In this document: positions 47,990 through 59,014 of the stretch, one piece after another
Layout of the letters: the number at the start of each line of letters is the position of its first letter
Position numbering within the stretch: position 1 is the stretch's first letter
IMG/VR virus record: IMGVR_UViG_2061766007_000275
Strand: one strand, 5' to 3'
DNA length: 64,000 nt
Source of the DNA: an uncultured virus (IMG/VR IMGVR_UViG_2061766007_000275)
Lineage: Duplodnaviria > Heunggongvirae > Uroviricota > Caudoviricetes
Made by a program: the position numbers and the translations under genes
The notes under the pieces: generated by a model
The model's input: the letters and a program-made list of their open reading frames with translations, nothing else
Database searches by the model: none
Told to the model about the DNA's origin: nothing

Positions 47990-48970
47990 TTAAATATTAA
48001 AAATTAATAAACTATGACTTAGATATCTATCCCAATTATTCCCCTCTCCAGTATTATAAAAATATCCAGTAAAACATAAATTTGTTTTATTAGAAGTTGA
48101 AGGTTTATATGGTTTAATAAAATTGTAACCATATTTCCAATTATTATCTGGTTCTATATAAGTCCCATAATCTAACATATGTTGTTTAAAGAATTCTAAA
48201 CATTCTTCATCTTTATAATCCATATAATTTATCCTACAAGGAATAATTGTTCTATACTCATTTCTATTTGCATCAAATAAACTGCTAACTCTTAATGCTA
48301 ATATACTTAATAAATCACTAGCATTATAATACTCAATTAAAGCATTATAAGTATCATTGTCAGTTACATTAGCCGCATTCCAAGCATAACTACCTTCATC
48401 CCATCTTATTTGATTAAAATCATAATCATTATAAGGAGAAGGATTGCCTATTGATTTTAATAATTCTAAATTAGTGTCTTTAGAACTATTATAATAATAT
48501 CCTTTAGCTTGTAATCCTATTGTAAAAGCAGCTTTTGTAACACTAGAGTCTTGTATCTCTGCTGGAATTTTATCTTTATCTAATATAGTTAAAATTATTC
48601 TATTACAATGTACAAGTCCCCATAAATCAGCGTTAACATTAATTATTTTTTGATCTCCAACCTTCCAGGGGATATCATCTAAAGTGATATCCCCATTATA
48701 GTAAGAAGTTAAAGTGCTACTAATTTGTGCGGGTGTAGCTTCCGCCCAACTTGGTATATTACTATATCGTTTCTCTTCAAGACTAGATATTCTGTCTTGA
48801 AGAGAAGCAATAATTTCTAAAAGCTGTTTATTTTGTTCTTTTACCTTCCCTAAATCATTTAAGGCATCTGAAAGAATTGTTTTTTGATTAGGAAGATAAA
48901 TTTGTTTAGCATTTAAATATATTCTTTTATTCTTATGAATAAAATTATCTAATAGTAATTGCTGTTCCAT
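47990..48970 (-). CDS. tail-associated hypothetical protein
   Basis: Coiled coil followed by SWAEAT...WKVGD.K motif. Confidence 0.6.
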   Translation of the reverse strand: MEQQLLLDNFIHKNKRIYLNAKQIYLPNQKTILSDALNDLGKVKEQNKQLLEIIASLQDRISSLEEKRYSNIPSWAEATPAQISSTLTSYYNGDITLDDIPWKVGDQKIINVNADLWGLVHCNRIILTILDKDKIPAEIQDSSVTKAAFTIGLQAKGYYYNSSKDTNLELLKSIGNPSPYNDYDFNQIRWDEGSYAWNAANVTDNDTYNALIEYYNASDLLSILALRVSSLFDANRNEYRTIIPCRINYMDYKDEECLEFFKQHMLDYGTYIEPDNNWKYGYNFIKPYKPSTSNKTNLCFTGYFYNTGEGNNWDRYLSHSLLIFNI

Positions 48971-48981
48971 ATCTTACCTCC

Positions 48982-51900
48982 TTAATCTTCTATATATAGA
49001 TATACATTCATATCTGTATTATAATAATTATAATCTGCACCTTCTGGTGCTGCTGTCCATACAAAGTTTTCTGGATCTTCGCTAGTATATAGAGTTTGAA
49101 TATTTAAATCTACTACATTAGATATATGTAAATTACATCTATGTTCATTATTATAGTAGCTTAGAGGGAAACTATAAGCTGTAGTAGCATATAAATAAAT
49201 ATTATTATCATCTATTGGAGTATTGGTAAATGTGCCATCAAATACTTTACCATACATTGGTTCTTCATTTAATGTAGTTAAATTACTACACTCTGCAAAT
49301 GTTGATTGGAATAATACATTATTGGTATCAGCATTTAAACCATATATTCTTCTTATATTAGTACAATTATAATAAGTTTGTGTATAATCAATAGTATCTG
49401 TATTATTATATGGTGTAGCAATATAAGCATAAGGTAGATTATAACAATCTTTAAATGTAAATACTAAATTATTACAGTTATTACCAATTTGTGTCACTAA
49501 TAGATTAGTACAATTTGAATAAATATTATACATATTTTGTGTGCGGGGGCCGCAATAGCTCTCTAACATAAAACTGCTACCAGCAAACATTAAACCATTA
49601 TATCCATTACTTCTTATTGGATAAGCTAATTTACTATTAGTTAATTTTGTACCGGTAACATCTTGTAGTTCTCCATTAAATACAACATTTTCTAATTGTG
49701 GAGTACCAGTAAAGCAATTTCTTAATTCCACTAAATTATCATTTAAATAAATCTTTTTTATGTTAAAACAACTCCAAAAACTATTTCCAATTCCACCATC
49801 TTGTTTAGATAAATCTAATATAACTAAATTACTACAACCAGTTCCTACTCCATTTATATAATTATTCATGCTAAGTACAAAAGTACTTAAAGGAAAACTA
49901 ATTGCAGGAAGATTAGTACATCCTGTTAACATCATATTTCCATTAAAAGTGTTATATAATTTATTCATTATTATAAGATTAGGACAACTATAATATAAAT
50001 ATTGTGAACTCCATGCATATGGAGGGAAAAATCCATATAATAAATTATTACAACCCATATACATTTGAGATAAAGATACAGAAAAATAATTATTATTTGT
50101 TTGAGCTTCAGGTACAGCTGCCATAATTAAATTAGTATATCCAGAATAGTTTAATCCAGCTGCCATATTAGCATATTTACCAATAGTAGCTATTGCTAGA
50201 TTTGGTAATGAATAACTACTATATCCTCGAGAACTAGAAAAGTTAGCATTAGGAAAATCAGCACAGTCTGCGGCAACCGCATTAGAGAAATTACCTCCAT
50301 CACTTATAGATGACACATACCCGTAATAAGTATTCATTAAACCAACATTTTTACAGCTAGGAACGTATACTAATTTATTGAAATTACAACCATAAAAATA
50401 TATGTTACAATAACCAGAGCTACTATAATTTAAAATAGTATTATTTTTACCATTAGAAGTAAATCTCATATATTCTAAATTGGGTAATCCACTACCCATA
50501 TATCCACCGCCATAGAAATTTTCTCTATATTCAATTTCTAATCTTTGTAAATTGTAGCATCCTGAAAACATAGAACTACAATCATTAAAATATTTTGATA
50601 ATTTAAAATTAGATAATTTTGTACTAACAAAAGCAGATTGTGCATAAATATCTAATTGTATATTATTAGAACAAATAAGATTAAGATTAAAATTAGTCAA
50701 ATTAGTACAACCAGCTGCTATAGTATTTAAATAAATATATTTATATCCATCATTAGTATTAGATAAATCAATATTAATATTTAAATTTGTTAATTTAGCA
50801 TCTCCACTAGCTACATCACTTAAAGTTACACTAGAATAACTACCAGATAAATCATATAATATATTAATATTTGCATCTGTTAAATTTGAGCACCCAGCAA
50901 AAATACTTGGAGCATTCCAAAATGGAACATCTAAATTTGCAGTAGTAATATAAGCTCCTGCACATATACCTGCTATTGAACCTTGTCCATTAGTATTATA
51001 TAATTCTGGACCAGCACTTATTGTAAGATGATTTATAGTTTTTCCTCCTAATAGTCCGCCAAGAGATGCTGTCTGAAATACTTTATCATTGAACTCTAGT
51101 ATCATATTATTAATATTGCTAAAAGTAGTACCATCAAATCTAAAATTAAATTGATTTAAATAAGATAAATCTAAAGTATCATCACCTTCAACACCATAAA
51201 TATAAGCACCAGAGAATATTGCACTAGTATTATTGGCAACTATATTTTGTTTTACTTCAGTTAATGAATTAAAGCCTAACATTTGAACATAAGCATTAAA
51301 ACTGCTTTGTATACCACTAGGTGTAAAATAAGAACCGCCATATAATGTTGGAATTGATTTTTTATCGAAAGCTATATCCCATTCAGCATTTAATTGATTA
51401 TTTGTAATACCAAATATATAATTATCATTAGCATCCCAAAGACTATATACTTCATCAATGTATGTAGTTTTATTATAATTTTCATCATCTAAATTAAAAT
51501 AAATAACATTAGCTTGTATATCTCTTACAGGATTTGCGGCAGTACCTAGCATACTAAAAAACCTAGTAGTAGTAATATAAACCTTATGCCTTTTATGATT
51601 GGTTAATCCATTTAATAAATAACAGTTTAAATTAGAACAATACCATCCACGATTATTTGCTAATTCTTCATAACTATTAGAACTACCCCTAAAGAATTTA
51701 TTTGGATTATCTAGCGGACTTCCCTTTGTAACATATACATAAGTTTCATATATATTATTTTTAATATTAAAGTATGATACATTTGTAGGATAATCTGTAT
51801 TAAAATCAAAATATGAAACGCCTTCACGTTCATTGTTATATCCTAATTGGATATTAAATTGTTTAATTTTGTCTATATAATTTGTAGGTAAATAATTAAT

Positions 51901-54114
51901 CTGTTTTATATAATTTAAATCCACATAATTAATATTTGTACTTCTAATTTCAACAAAATTTGATTTTGCGATATTTAATACATTTGTTTCTACAAAATTA
52001 TTAATAAAATAATTAAAAAACTCCCCATATAAATTCAACCCCATTAAATTTAAATTATTGCAATAGAAATTAATAGGGTTAGTAATATTGTCACTATTAT
52101 AATTGCTAATATAGAAATTTAAATAGTTGGTAAAAGTAGTATCTATATTAGATAAATAATAATTACTACTAAGATTATTGGATTGTTCTAAATCAAATAT
52201 AATATCTAAACTATTGAAAATTGTATTGTTATAAATTTGAATTTTATTAAACAATACATTATCAAAACAATTTAAATTAAAATGGTTAGCAACAACATTA
52301 TTAGATAACATTACACTCATATATAAATTATTACTAATAACATTATCAAATATATAACGATAAGCATTAATTTCATTTAAATAATTACTTTGAATATAAG
52401 TTAAATTAGGAGAATAAATGTTGTTAAAATATACGTATGTTATTTTAGAAGCATTTATATTAAAATTAAAAAAATCATTTGGTAAAATATTATTAAAATA
52501 TATTTGACTAATACCTTCATTGATTGGAGTATACTGTATTTTTATTTCACGATTATACCAATTTTCTCCCGTACCAAAAATTACTCTAGTAGCACTATTA
52601 AAGTTACTACTATCTAAATATAAATTATCACTAAAAAGATTTAAATTAATAATGGTACTCCATCCATATCCACCATAATTAACACCATCTTTTACTTGAT
52701 AATTATAATATACTGCATCTGAACTACCCTTAAAGAAATAATTATCTAATAATAAAATATTATTATTAATAGGCATTATATCTTTTAATTTGATTGTTCT
52801 AGCATTAACAGTTAAATTAATATTATTTATTATTGGTAACATTGAAAAATTAGTATAATTTGGTTGTTGTAATACTACAATATAGTTATAATATTGTCCA
52901 TTAGCTATATTATTGTGATTTAATAATTGGAAATCATTACTAAATAAATCATTTAATACTAATTGATATTGATTTTGACCATTATAAGACATAGAAGGTG
53001 GATCAATCCAATCAGATAACTCTAAAACTTTTTGTCCATTAACAATAAAAGATTTAAAATTATTTGGACCACTATAAATGTTCATATTATTAAATATATT
53101 ATCAAAATTTTGAACATTCATTAAATCAAAAATAAATTCATTACTATTAATATTTAATTCACTATGTATAATAAACTTACAATTATTGAATAAATTAGTT
53201 CCATTTATGATATTTGAAAAATTAATTAAATGTTCATAAATATATCTATAATCAATAATGCCATCCTTAAATAAATTACTACTATTTTCAGGACATTCAA
53301 ACATAACATTATCATAACCATAAATTATGTTTAAATCATTTTGACTAGTAGTGTATAAATTATAATCTTCAATTTGATTATTATTAGAATAAACAGAACT
53401 AGTATAATAAGTTCCATAAGGACTTAATGTATTATATCCATTTAATAAAGCTCTTCTCTCTGCATTTAATAAAATATAACCGCTAATATCTTGTGTTAAA
53501 TTTAAATCTGTATATAAATACCCAGTATCAAAATCATTGTTGAAGTTTTCGGCATCAGCAAAATGAATTAGATTATTAATGCTTAAATCTTCATCTTCTA
53601 CATTAAAGTCTTGATTATTAATACTATAAAAAGGCTTATTTTGTATTGAAGCCCAATCTACATCAAAATAAGTTGGAATGTTACTAATTAAATCCCAAGA
53701 TGTAGGATAAGCATCTGGTTTATTTCCAATTAAATTCCAGTCTGAATTATATACTGAAGGCTTATTATTTAATACACTCCAATCACTTGGATATATACTT
53801 GGTTTACCAGATATTCGTCCCCAACTACTATTAAAAATAGTTGGTTTATTTTCTATGTCTTCCCACTCCATTGAGAAACTACCATTTAATTGTAATCGAC
53901 CATCAGTTACTTTAAAGTCAGTTCCAAGAGTGTTAAATGGTTTGTTCTTAACGTCACTCCAATCACTAGCTGCATTATTTTTTAAATCAGCTAAAGCTTG
54001 TGTTAGATTATATCCATTTGACTTATTAACCCATACTGCATTACTTTCTGTATACGGATGAACTTGAATATTATTGCCATCTATTTGCATATATAGATTA
54101 TTAATTATCGCCAT
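48982..54114 (-). CDS. large tail fibre-like protein with LRR/BspA-like repeats
   Basis: N-terminal SWxxIxxKP repeats; FxGCxNL repeats. Confidence 0.75.
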   Translation of the reverse strand: MAIINNLYMQIDGNNIQVHPYTESNAVWVNKSNGYNLTQALADLKNNAASDWSDVKNKPFNTLGTDFKVTDGRLQLNGSFSMEWEDIENKPTIFNSSWGRISGKPSIYPSDWSVLNNKPSVYNSDWNLIGNKPDAYPTSWDLISNIPTYFDVDWASIQNKPFYSINNQDFNVEDEDLSINNLIHFADAENFNNDFDTGYLYTDLNLTQDISGYILLNAERRALLNGYNTLSPYGTYYTSSVYSNNNQIEDYNLYTTSQNDLNIIYGYDNVMFECPENSSNLFKDGIIDYRYIYEHLINFSNIINGTNLFNNCKFIIHSELNINSNEFIFDLMNVQNFDNIFNNMNIYSGPNNFKSFIVNGQKVLELSDWIDPPSMSYNGQNQYQLVLNDLFSNDFQLLNHNNIANGQYYNYIVVLQQPNYTNFSMLPIINNINLTVNARTIKLKDIMPINNNILLLDNYFFKGSSDAVYYNYQVKDGVNYGGYGWSTIINLNLFSDNLYLDSSNFNSATRVIFGTGENWYNREIKIQYTPINEGISQIYFNNILPNDFFNFNINASKITYVYFNNIYSPNLTYIQSNYLNEINAYRYIFDNVISNNLYMSVMLSNNVVANHFNLNCFDNVLFNKIQIYNNTIFNSLDIIFDLEQSNNLSSNYYLSNIDTTFTNYLNFYISNYNSDNITNPINFYCNNLNLMGLNLYGEFFNYFINNFVETNVLNIAKSNFVEIRSTNINYVDLNYIKQINYLPTNYIDKIKQFNIQLGYNNEREGVSYFDFNTDYPTNVSYFNIKNNIYETYVYVTKGSPLDNPNKFFRGSSNSYEELANNRGWYCSNLNCYLLNGLTNHKRHKVYITTTRFFSMLGTAANPVRDIQANVIYFNLDDENYNKTTYIDEVYSLWDANDNYIFGITNNQLNAEWDIAFDKKSIPTLYGGSYFTPSGIQSSFNAYVQMLGFNSLTEVKQNIVANNTSAIFSGAYIYGVEGDDTLDLSYLNQFNFRFDGTTFSNINNMILEFNDKVFQTASLGGLLGGKTINHLTISAGPELYNTNGQGSIAGICAGAYITTANLDVPFWNAPSIFAGCSNLTDANINILYDLSGSYSSVTLSDVASGDAKLTNLNINIDLSNTNDGYKYIYLNTIAAGCTNLTNFNLNLICSNNIQLDIYAQSAFVSTKLSNFKLSKYFNDCSSMFSGCYNLQRLEIEYRENFYGGGYMGSGLPNLEYMRFTSNGKNNTILNYSSSGYCNIYFYGCNFNKLVYVPSCKNVGLMNTYYGYVSSISDGGNFSNAVAADCADFPNANFSSSRGYSSYSLPNLAIATIGKYANMAAGLNYSGYTNLIMAAVPEAQTNNNYFSVSLSQMYMGCNNLLYGFFPPYAWSSQYLYYSCPNLIIMNKLYNTFNGNMMLTGCTNLPAISFPLSTFVLSMNNYINGVGTGCSNLVILDLSKQDGGIGNSFWSCFNIKKIYLNDNLVELRNCFTGTPQLENVVFNGELQDVTGTKLTNSKLAYPIRSNGYNGLMFAGSSFMLESYCGPRTQNMYNIYSNCTNLLVTQIGNNCNNLVFTFKDCYNLPYAYIATPYNNTDTIDYTQTYYNCTNIRRIYGLNADTNNVLFQSTFAECSNLTTLNEEPMYGKVFDGTFTNTPIDDNNIYLYATTAYSFPLSYYNNEHRCNLHISNVVDLNIQTLYTSEDPENFVWTAAPEGADYNYYNTDMNVYLYIED

Positions 54115-54138
54115 CTATTTTCTCTTACCTCCTTTTCC

Positions 54139-56313
54139 TTAAATTTTTTCTAAACAACGAGTACAAGATAAATTCATAATTCCAGATACTTCAAAAGAAC
54201 AGCTAATTGAATTAATTAAATAATCTCCATATATACCTGTCTTGCTATCTTGAATTGTTACTCTCATACCCGGTTGTAAATGATACATAGGTACAGTTGA
54301 AATAGCTACTGTTTCATTATAACTTGTATATTGATACAATAGGTCTTTGATTAAATTATATGCGGAATTGGCTGTTCCGCCAGTAACCATTGCTTCATAT
54401 ACTGCAGCATCTACTTGCGCATAATTTTGATTGCGGTCAATACATTCTTGTATTTTTGTTAATTCATCAATATCTTCTCGATTAATGATAATACAATCAT
54501 TAATATCATTTTCAAAAATACAATTAATATTTTTATCATCCACAATCATACTGCGGCGACCGATATTTGATACGGATAGCTGGCCTATTTTTGAATCAGT
54601 GTCGATAAAATCTAAATAAAACTGCATATCTTGTTTATCAACTGTCCATTGTTCTGTTTCTATATCATATTGTTTAGGAAATTCATTAAACAATTCTGAA
54701 TAATAATAATTACTATCTGTTCCATTTACTCCAGCAACTGTACCTTGTAAATAAAGAGCTAATCTCCAATCATCTGGAACAAAATTTTCTACTTTAGTAT
54801 ATAATGGTTCAGTTAGCATTTCATAGCAATCGTCTTGAGATAATCCTTCAGCATACTCTCTAATACATTTATAAGTGTTAGATCCAACTTTGTAATACCA
54901 GCCTACCACTCCGTAAGTCGGGAGTCCGCCATAATCATAAGGGTACTGAAGATAAATCATCTTCCCGCTCGTATCACTTTCTTCTAATTTTCTCTTATCC
55001 ATAGTCCAGATATAAATTTGGTGTGTATCTACATCTTCATACCAATAGCCTTCAACTCCAGTTTTAGGAGTAGGCTTACCATTAACATCAAAATATAATG
55101 GAAGTGTCATTTTTGCTCTTTTTACTCCCATTTCATCTTTATATCTATAAAAAGTATATCCCTGTCCTTCATTAACTAAAGAAGGCTTTTTATCAATAGC
55201 CAAATGAAACCTAATCGGATATTCTTTACCTGTTGCAGACTTGTGTACTCCCCACACTACATAATCATTTTTAATGTTATTATAGTGAGGATTATTAGAA
55301 AAGGTTTTAACCAAAATACTATCAGAAAAATCATATTCTGATGTTCCATTGGTTAAATCAATTACATAATCACTATTTTTAGTTTTACCTAATTCAATAG
55401 TAGACTGTGAAGTATTTAAGTTATTATTTATCTCTTGAAAAACAAAATTACCATTTATATCATAAAAATATTCAAAATTACCTAAAACACTCACAATTTT
55501 ATCTAATACTGTACAAACAGTATCTCCAGCTACTGAATTTAATTGACCAGGATAAGTAAAATCAGTATAGATAAAACCTATATCTTCTCCTTGAGTAAAA
55601 ACTTTTTCTACTGAATGGTTTAATGGTTCTGTTAAACTATAAATACAAGATTCACCATTTCTATAAAAATACAATGGTTGATTGCCATTCCACATCATAA
55701 CTTGTTTTACTCTATTGTCTAAACCACTTATAATAATTTTACCTAATTGCTCATTACCATAATGATTAACTATTTCTCGGATAAGTTGTATCATAGTTAA
55801 CTTTTGAGCAATTTCTCTACCATTTTCATCAATAGTATCATATTCAGAAAGGGTTGCGGCGGCTGGTATCGTGCCCCCGCACTCTCCATTTAATAAACAC
55901 ATCTTATCTTTTAAGTTAACAGAAATTGTAATATTCTCTTTACCTCTATTAACCTGAGCCTCTGTAATAACATATAATCCTAAAGGATACCAAATAATTG
56001 GATAATCATTATATTTGAAAGTATTATTAGTATAACCAATTTCTAAATTTACTTTTTTATTAATTGAAATTATATTATTAACATTCATTATATCGCCATC
56101 ATCTTCTGCTACCATAGAAAACTGAGCGGTTCTGCGCATAGATGACTTACCATTAAAACTAATACTACCATTTTTAGCTTTGCCTTGAAGTTCTGTTATT
56201 TTCTTTTCAGTAGCAAAATCTAAAAGAATAATTCTAACCCATTGTTCTTTTACTGGCATTTCATCCATTTCCCGCAGGAATGATTTATCTTGTAAGTAAG
56301 GATATTGTATCAT
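54139..56313 (-). CDS. putative tail/baseplate hub protein
   Basis: 724 aa in the tail module; FYDINGNFVFQ and hub-like C-terminus. Confidence 0.6.
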   Translation of the reverse strand: MIQYPYLQDKSFLREMDEMPVKEQWVRIILLDFATEKKITELQGKAKNGSISFNGKSSMRRTAQFSMVAEDDGDIMNVNNIISINKKVNLEIGYTNNTFKYNDYPIIWYPLGLYVITEAQVNRGKENITISVNLKDKMCLLNGECGGTIPAAATLSEYDTIDENGREIAQKLTMIQLIREIVNHYGNEQLGKIIISGLDNRVKQVMMWNGNQPLYFYRNGESCIYSLTEPLNHSVEKVFTQGEDIGFIYTDFTYPGQLNSVAGDTVCTVLDKIVSVLGNFEYFYDINGNFVFQEINNNLNTSQSTIELGKTKNSDYVIDLTNGTSEYDFSDSILVKTFSNNPHYNNIKNDYVVWGVHKSATGKEYPIRFHLAIDKKPSLVNEGQGYTFYRYKDEMGVKRAKMTLPLYFDVNGKPTPKTGVEGYWYEDVDTHQIYIWTMDKRKLEESDTSGKMIYLQYPYDYGGLPTYGVVGWYYKVGSNTYKCIREYAEGLSQDDCYEMLTEPLYTKVENFVPDDWRLALYLQGTVAGVNGTDSNYYYSELFNEFPKQYDIETEQWTVDKQDMQFYLDFIDTDSKIGQLSVSNIGRRSMIVDDKNINCIFENDINDCIIINREDIDELTKIQECIDRNQNYAQVDAAVYEAMVTGGTANSAYNLIKDLLYQYTSYNETVAISTVPMYHLQPGMRVTIQDSKTGIYGDYLINSISCSFEVSGIMNLSCTRCLEKI

Positions 56314-58217
56314 ACATATCCTCCAAAGTAATTAATTGGTTCAATAATTTTGAATTTTTCATAGTTTGCAACAGTACAATCTGCAATTTCTGTTGCGGTA
56401 GCTTGAAAACTATAAATCATTCTACCTAATTGTTTCTCAGGATTTAGACTAATATTGGTTAATCTAACTAATATATTTCCTTCAGGAGTAGTTTTAAATA
56501 ATTTAGGCTTGCCATCATTTAAGAAAGATATAATTTTATCTCTATACTTCTTTTCATAAACTATATCAACTTCATCAGAATATCCATTTTTCTTTAGATA
56601 GTTCTCATAATAGTTATAATTAGTTCCATAAAAAGCTTTTTTCTTTTGGGTATATAAACTTTCAGTGAATGTTTGATGTACATCATCCCAACCAACGCCC
56701 TCTTCTCTATCAATTAAAGAAGAAATCATACCAGATATATTAAACTGTCTATAATTAACATTACCATTCCTTAATACAAAAGGATATTTAGAACCTATTG
56801 TTTCATTGACATTCTCTGATACAACATATTTATAACTAGTTACATCTGCATTAAACTTAAAAATTACATTATCATCTTTTGTTACTAGATATAAATATTG
56901 AGGTGCATATATATGTGGATCTGCTTCTATCTCTTGACTTGGATCTTCTGGATCTGGTTGCATTTCAAATACAGTATTACTGCGGGATCCATCTGTTCCG
57001 CGCTTTTGGACTGCATATTTATATAATACCCCAGCCTCCGCTGTATAATCCTTGTATATATAATTCAAATCTTCATAGCTACTTAGGTATTCTGTATGAA
57101 TATCTTCCCATACTGTAAAGTTATCTGCATCAGATGCTCTTAATATGGTGATATAATCCTGAATAGTGCCGCCCGCAGTTACATTTAATTGCTGTAATTG
57201 ATTTTCATATATAGCATAAGCATCTTCTAAAGTTTCATTATAGTCTACATAAAGATGTCCATCTTGTAGTACAGAAGTTAAATGAAAAGCCATGCAAGCA
57301 TTTTCTTCATCTTCTAATACATGAATTTTAGCTACTAAAGTGACATATTCATTAAGATTTACAGCCAATGGATAATTAATTGTTTCTGTATATCCATTTT
57401 CAGTTACATATGAAAAGGTTAATGTATAAGAAGTATCATCCTCAAACTTTAATCCAATAGAATGATAAATCTGATTAGGATTTTCACTATCTGTAAATAA
57501 ATCTAACGAGTCATAAACTAAAGTATTATTTTGTGTAATTACAACTCTATAACTTTCTAATTGCTCTTGTTCATTAGTAATGTTCTGTCCAAAACCCATT
57601 TGACCTTGAACACCAATAAAAGAATAAGTAACATTATTAGAGGTATTAGGATTTAATTTCTCTAACTCTTGAACTCCTAAGCTAGGACAATAAGGAATAT
57701 ATAAATCTATAATAGGTTGCGCGATTGCCCTAATAATACATACTCTAGACCATTCTGATAATTTATCTAGATTATTATTATTCCATGCTCCTATGTATTT
57801 AGTATCTCCATTATTATAACTAGGATTTCCCCAAAAATCTTCAGCTTCAATAGATGCAAAACGAATTTGAACTTTAAAGTTTATATCTCGTTGAAAAGCA
57901 TTATTACCATTGATTTTTTCAGGATCTTCTAGATATTCAGGAGAAATCTCAAAATAATATTTATCATCTCCAACTCTTGTATTATCTATATGGATGTTAG
58001 TTTTATCTACCATAATAATTCCAGCTGGATAAGTATTTCTACTTAATATTGATAGATTAGTATTTTGTGATACACAAATAAACTGTAAATATTTTATATC
58101 ATCATAATCATTATAATCAGATATAGAAAAATAAACTCTTACTGAGTCTGTCTGTTTAAAGGCAGGCATCCAAGAGTTTGTAATAGGTGGGTATATTATA
58201 ATAGTTGCTTCAGCCAT
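56310..58217 (-). CDS. putative distal tail/baseplate protein
   Basis: ETIGSKYPFV.RNG..NYRQF.ISG.IS; KPKLFK...EGN motif. Confidence 0.6.
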   Translation of the reverse strand: MAEATIIIYPPITNSWMPAFKQTDSVRVYFSISDYNDYDDIKYLQFICVSQNTNLSILSRNTYPAGIIMVDKTNIHIDNTRVGDDKYYFEISPEYLEDPEKINGNNAFQRDINFKVQIRFASIEAEDFWGNPSYNNGDTKYIGAWNNNNLDKLSEWSRVCIIRAIAQPIIDLYIPYCPSLGVQELEKLNPNTSNNVTYSFIGVQGQMGFGQNITNEQEQLESYRVVITQNNTLVYDSLDLFTDSENPNQIYHSIGLKFEDDTSYTLTFSYVTENGYTETINYPLAVNLNEYVTLVAKIHVLEDEENACMAFHLTSVLQDGHLYVDYNETLEDAYAIYENQLQQLNVTAGGTIQDYITILRASDADNFTVWEDIHTEYLSSYEDLNYIYKDYTAEAGVLYKYAVQKRGTDGSRSNTVFEMQPDPEDPSQEIEADPHIYAPQYLYLVTKDDNVIFKFNADVTSYKYVVSENVNETIGSKYPFVLRNGNVNYRQFNISGMISSLIDREEGVGWDDVHQTFTESLYTQKKKAFYGTNYNYYENYLKKNGYSDEVDIVYEKKYRDKIISFLNDGKPKLFKTTPEGNILVRLTNISLNPEKQLGRMIYSFQATATEIADCTVANYEKFKIIEPINYFGGYV

Positions 58218-58238
58218 ACCTTTTTCTCCTTTTCTCTC

Positions 58239-58685
58239 TTATTGCGGCGAGCGAGGTAATGCCCGCAGCTGTTCCATTAAACCTTTTACATAAGAATTGC
58301 CATTTTCATCAACGTAATGTTCATATCTTCTTTCTAAACAATCCATTGATTGATCGTCAATCCATTTCATTTTATAACAAAAATAATGATGTTCTTTAAC
58401 AATATAAGCTTTAATATCATCCTTATCTGAGTCTATTAATATTTTTAGCTTACTATTAAAAGTTTCTATATAATCATTAATTCTTTTTAATGCGTCATCA
58501 TATTGCGCAAGCTTTTTATCTATTTTTTCATTACGTTCTTTATCATCTATAACTTTATTAGTAGTTTTATTAAATTTGTTTTTAAACCAATCTATAAGTT
58601 CTATTAATTGTTTTATACCAAGACTAAGAATAATTATAAAAATAATTATTTCTCCAACACTATATTTAGATAGTAAATCAAGCAT
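58239..58685 (-). CDS. putative holin-like membrane protein
   Basis: N-terminal TM, coiled coil, Y..Y....GNS. Confidence 0.55.
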   Translation of the reverse strand: MLDLLSKYSVGEIIIFIIILSLGIKQLIELIDWFKNKFNKTTNKVIDDKERNEKIDKKLAQYDDALKRINDYIETFNSKLKILIDSDKDDIKAYIVKEHHYFCYKMKWIDDQSMDCLERRYEHYVDENGNSYVKGLMEQLRALPRSPQ

Positions 58686-58804
58686 TCTTTAGCACTCCTC
58701 CTTTTCTTAAATATCTCTATTGATATATTAAAAATAGCTATATTACATGAAAGGATTTTGCCCAATAAAAAAGAAGGGAAGTGAAAAATCACTTCCCTTT
58801 CTAA

Positions 58805-59014
58805 TTATTCTTCTACTTCGCCACTTACCTGTTCTACTTTTTCAGCTTCTTTTGCTTCTTTAGCTTTTGCTTGACTATCTAGCCACTGGTCATAAGCATC
58901 TGTTATTTCACGAGCAAAGTCTTTTACTACATAAAAGATTGAACCGATTGGCACGGTCTTCCCATAATGATTAACAACTGCAATCAAATCATTTCTTAAC
59001 TGTTCTAGTTCCAT
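58805..59014 (-). CDS. small hypothetical protein
   Basis: ORF with SD after the tail protein. Confidence 0.65.
   Translation of the reverse strand: MELEQLRNDLIAVVNHYGKTVPIGSIFYVVKDFAREITDAYDQWLDSQAKAKEAKEAEKVEQVSGEVEE

Noticed and set aside
39611..54114. Diversity-generating retroelement acting on tail genes
   Set aside because: Repeats are diverged protein paralogs without adenine-specific differences; no reverse transcriptase in the window
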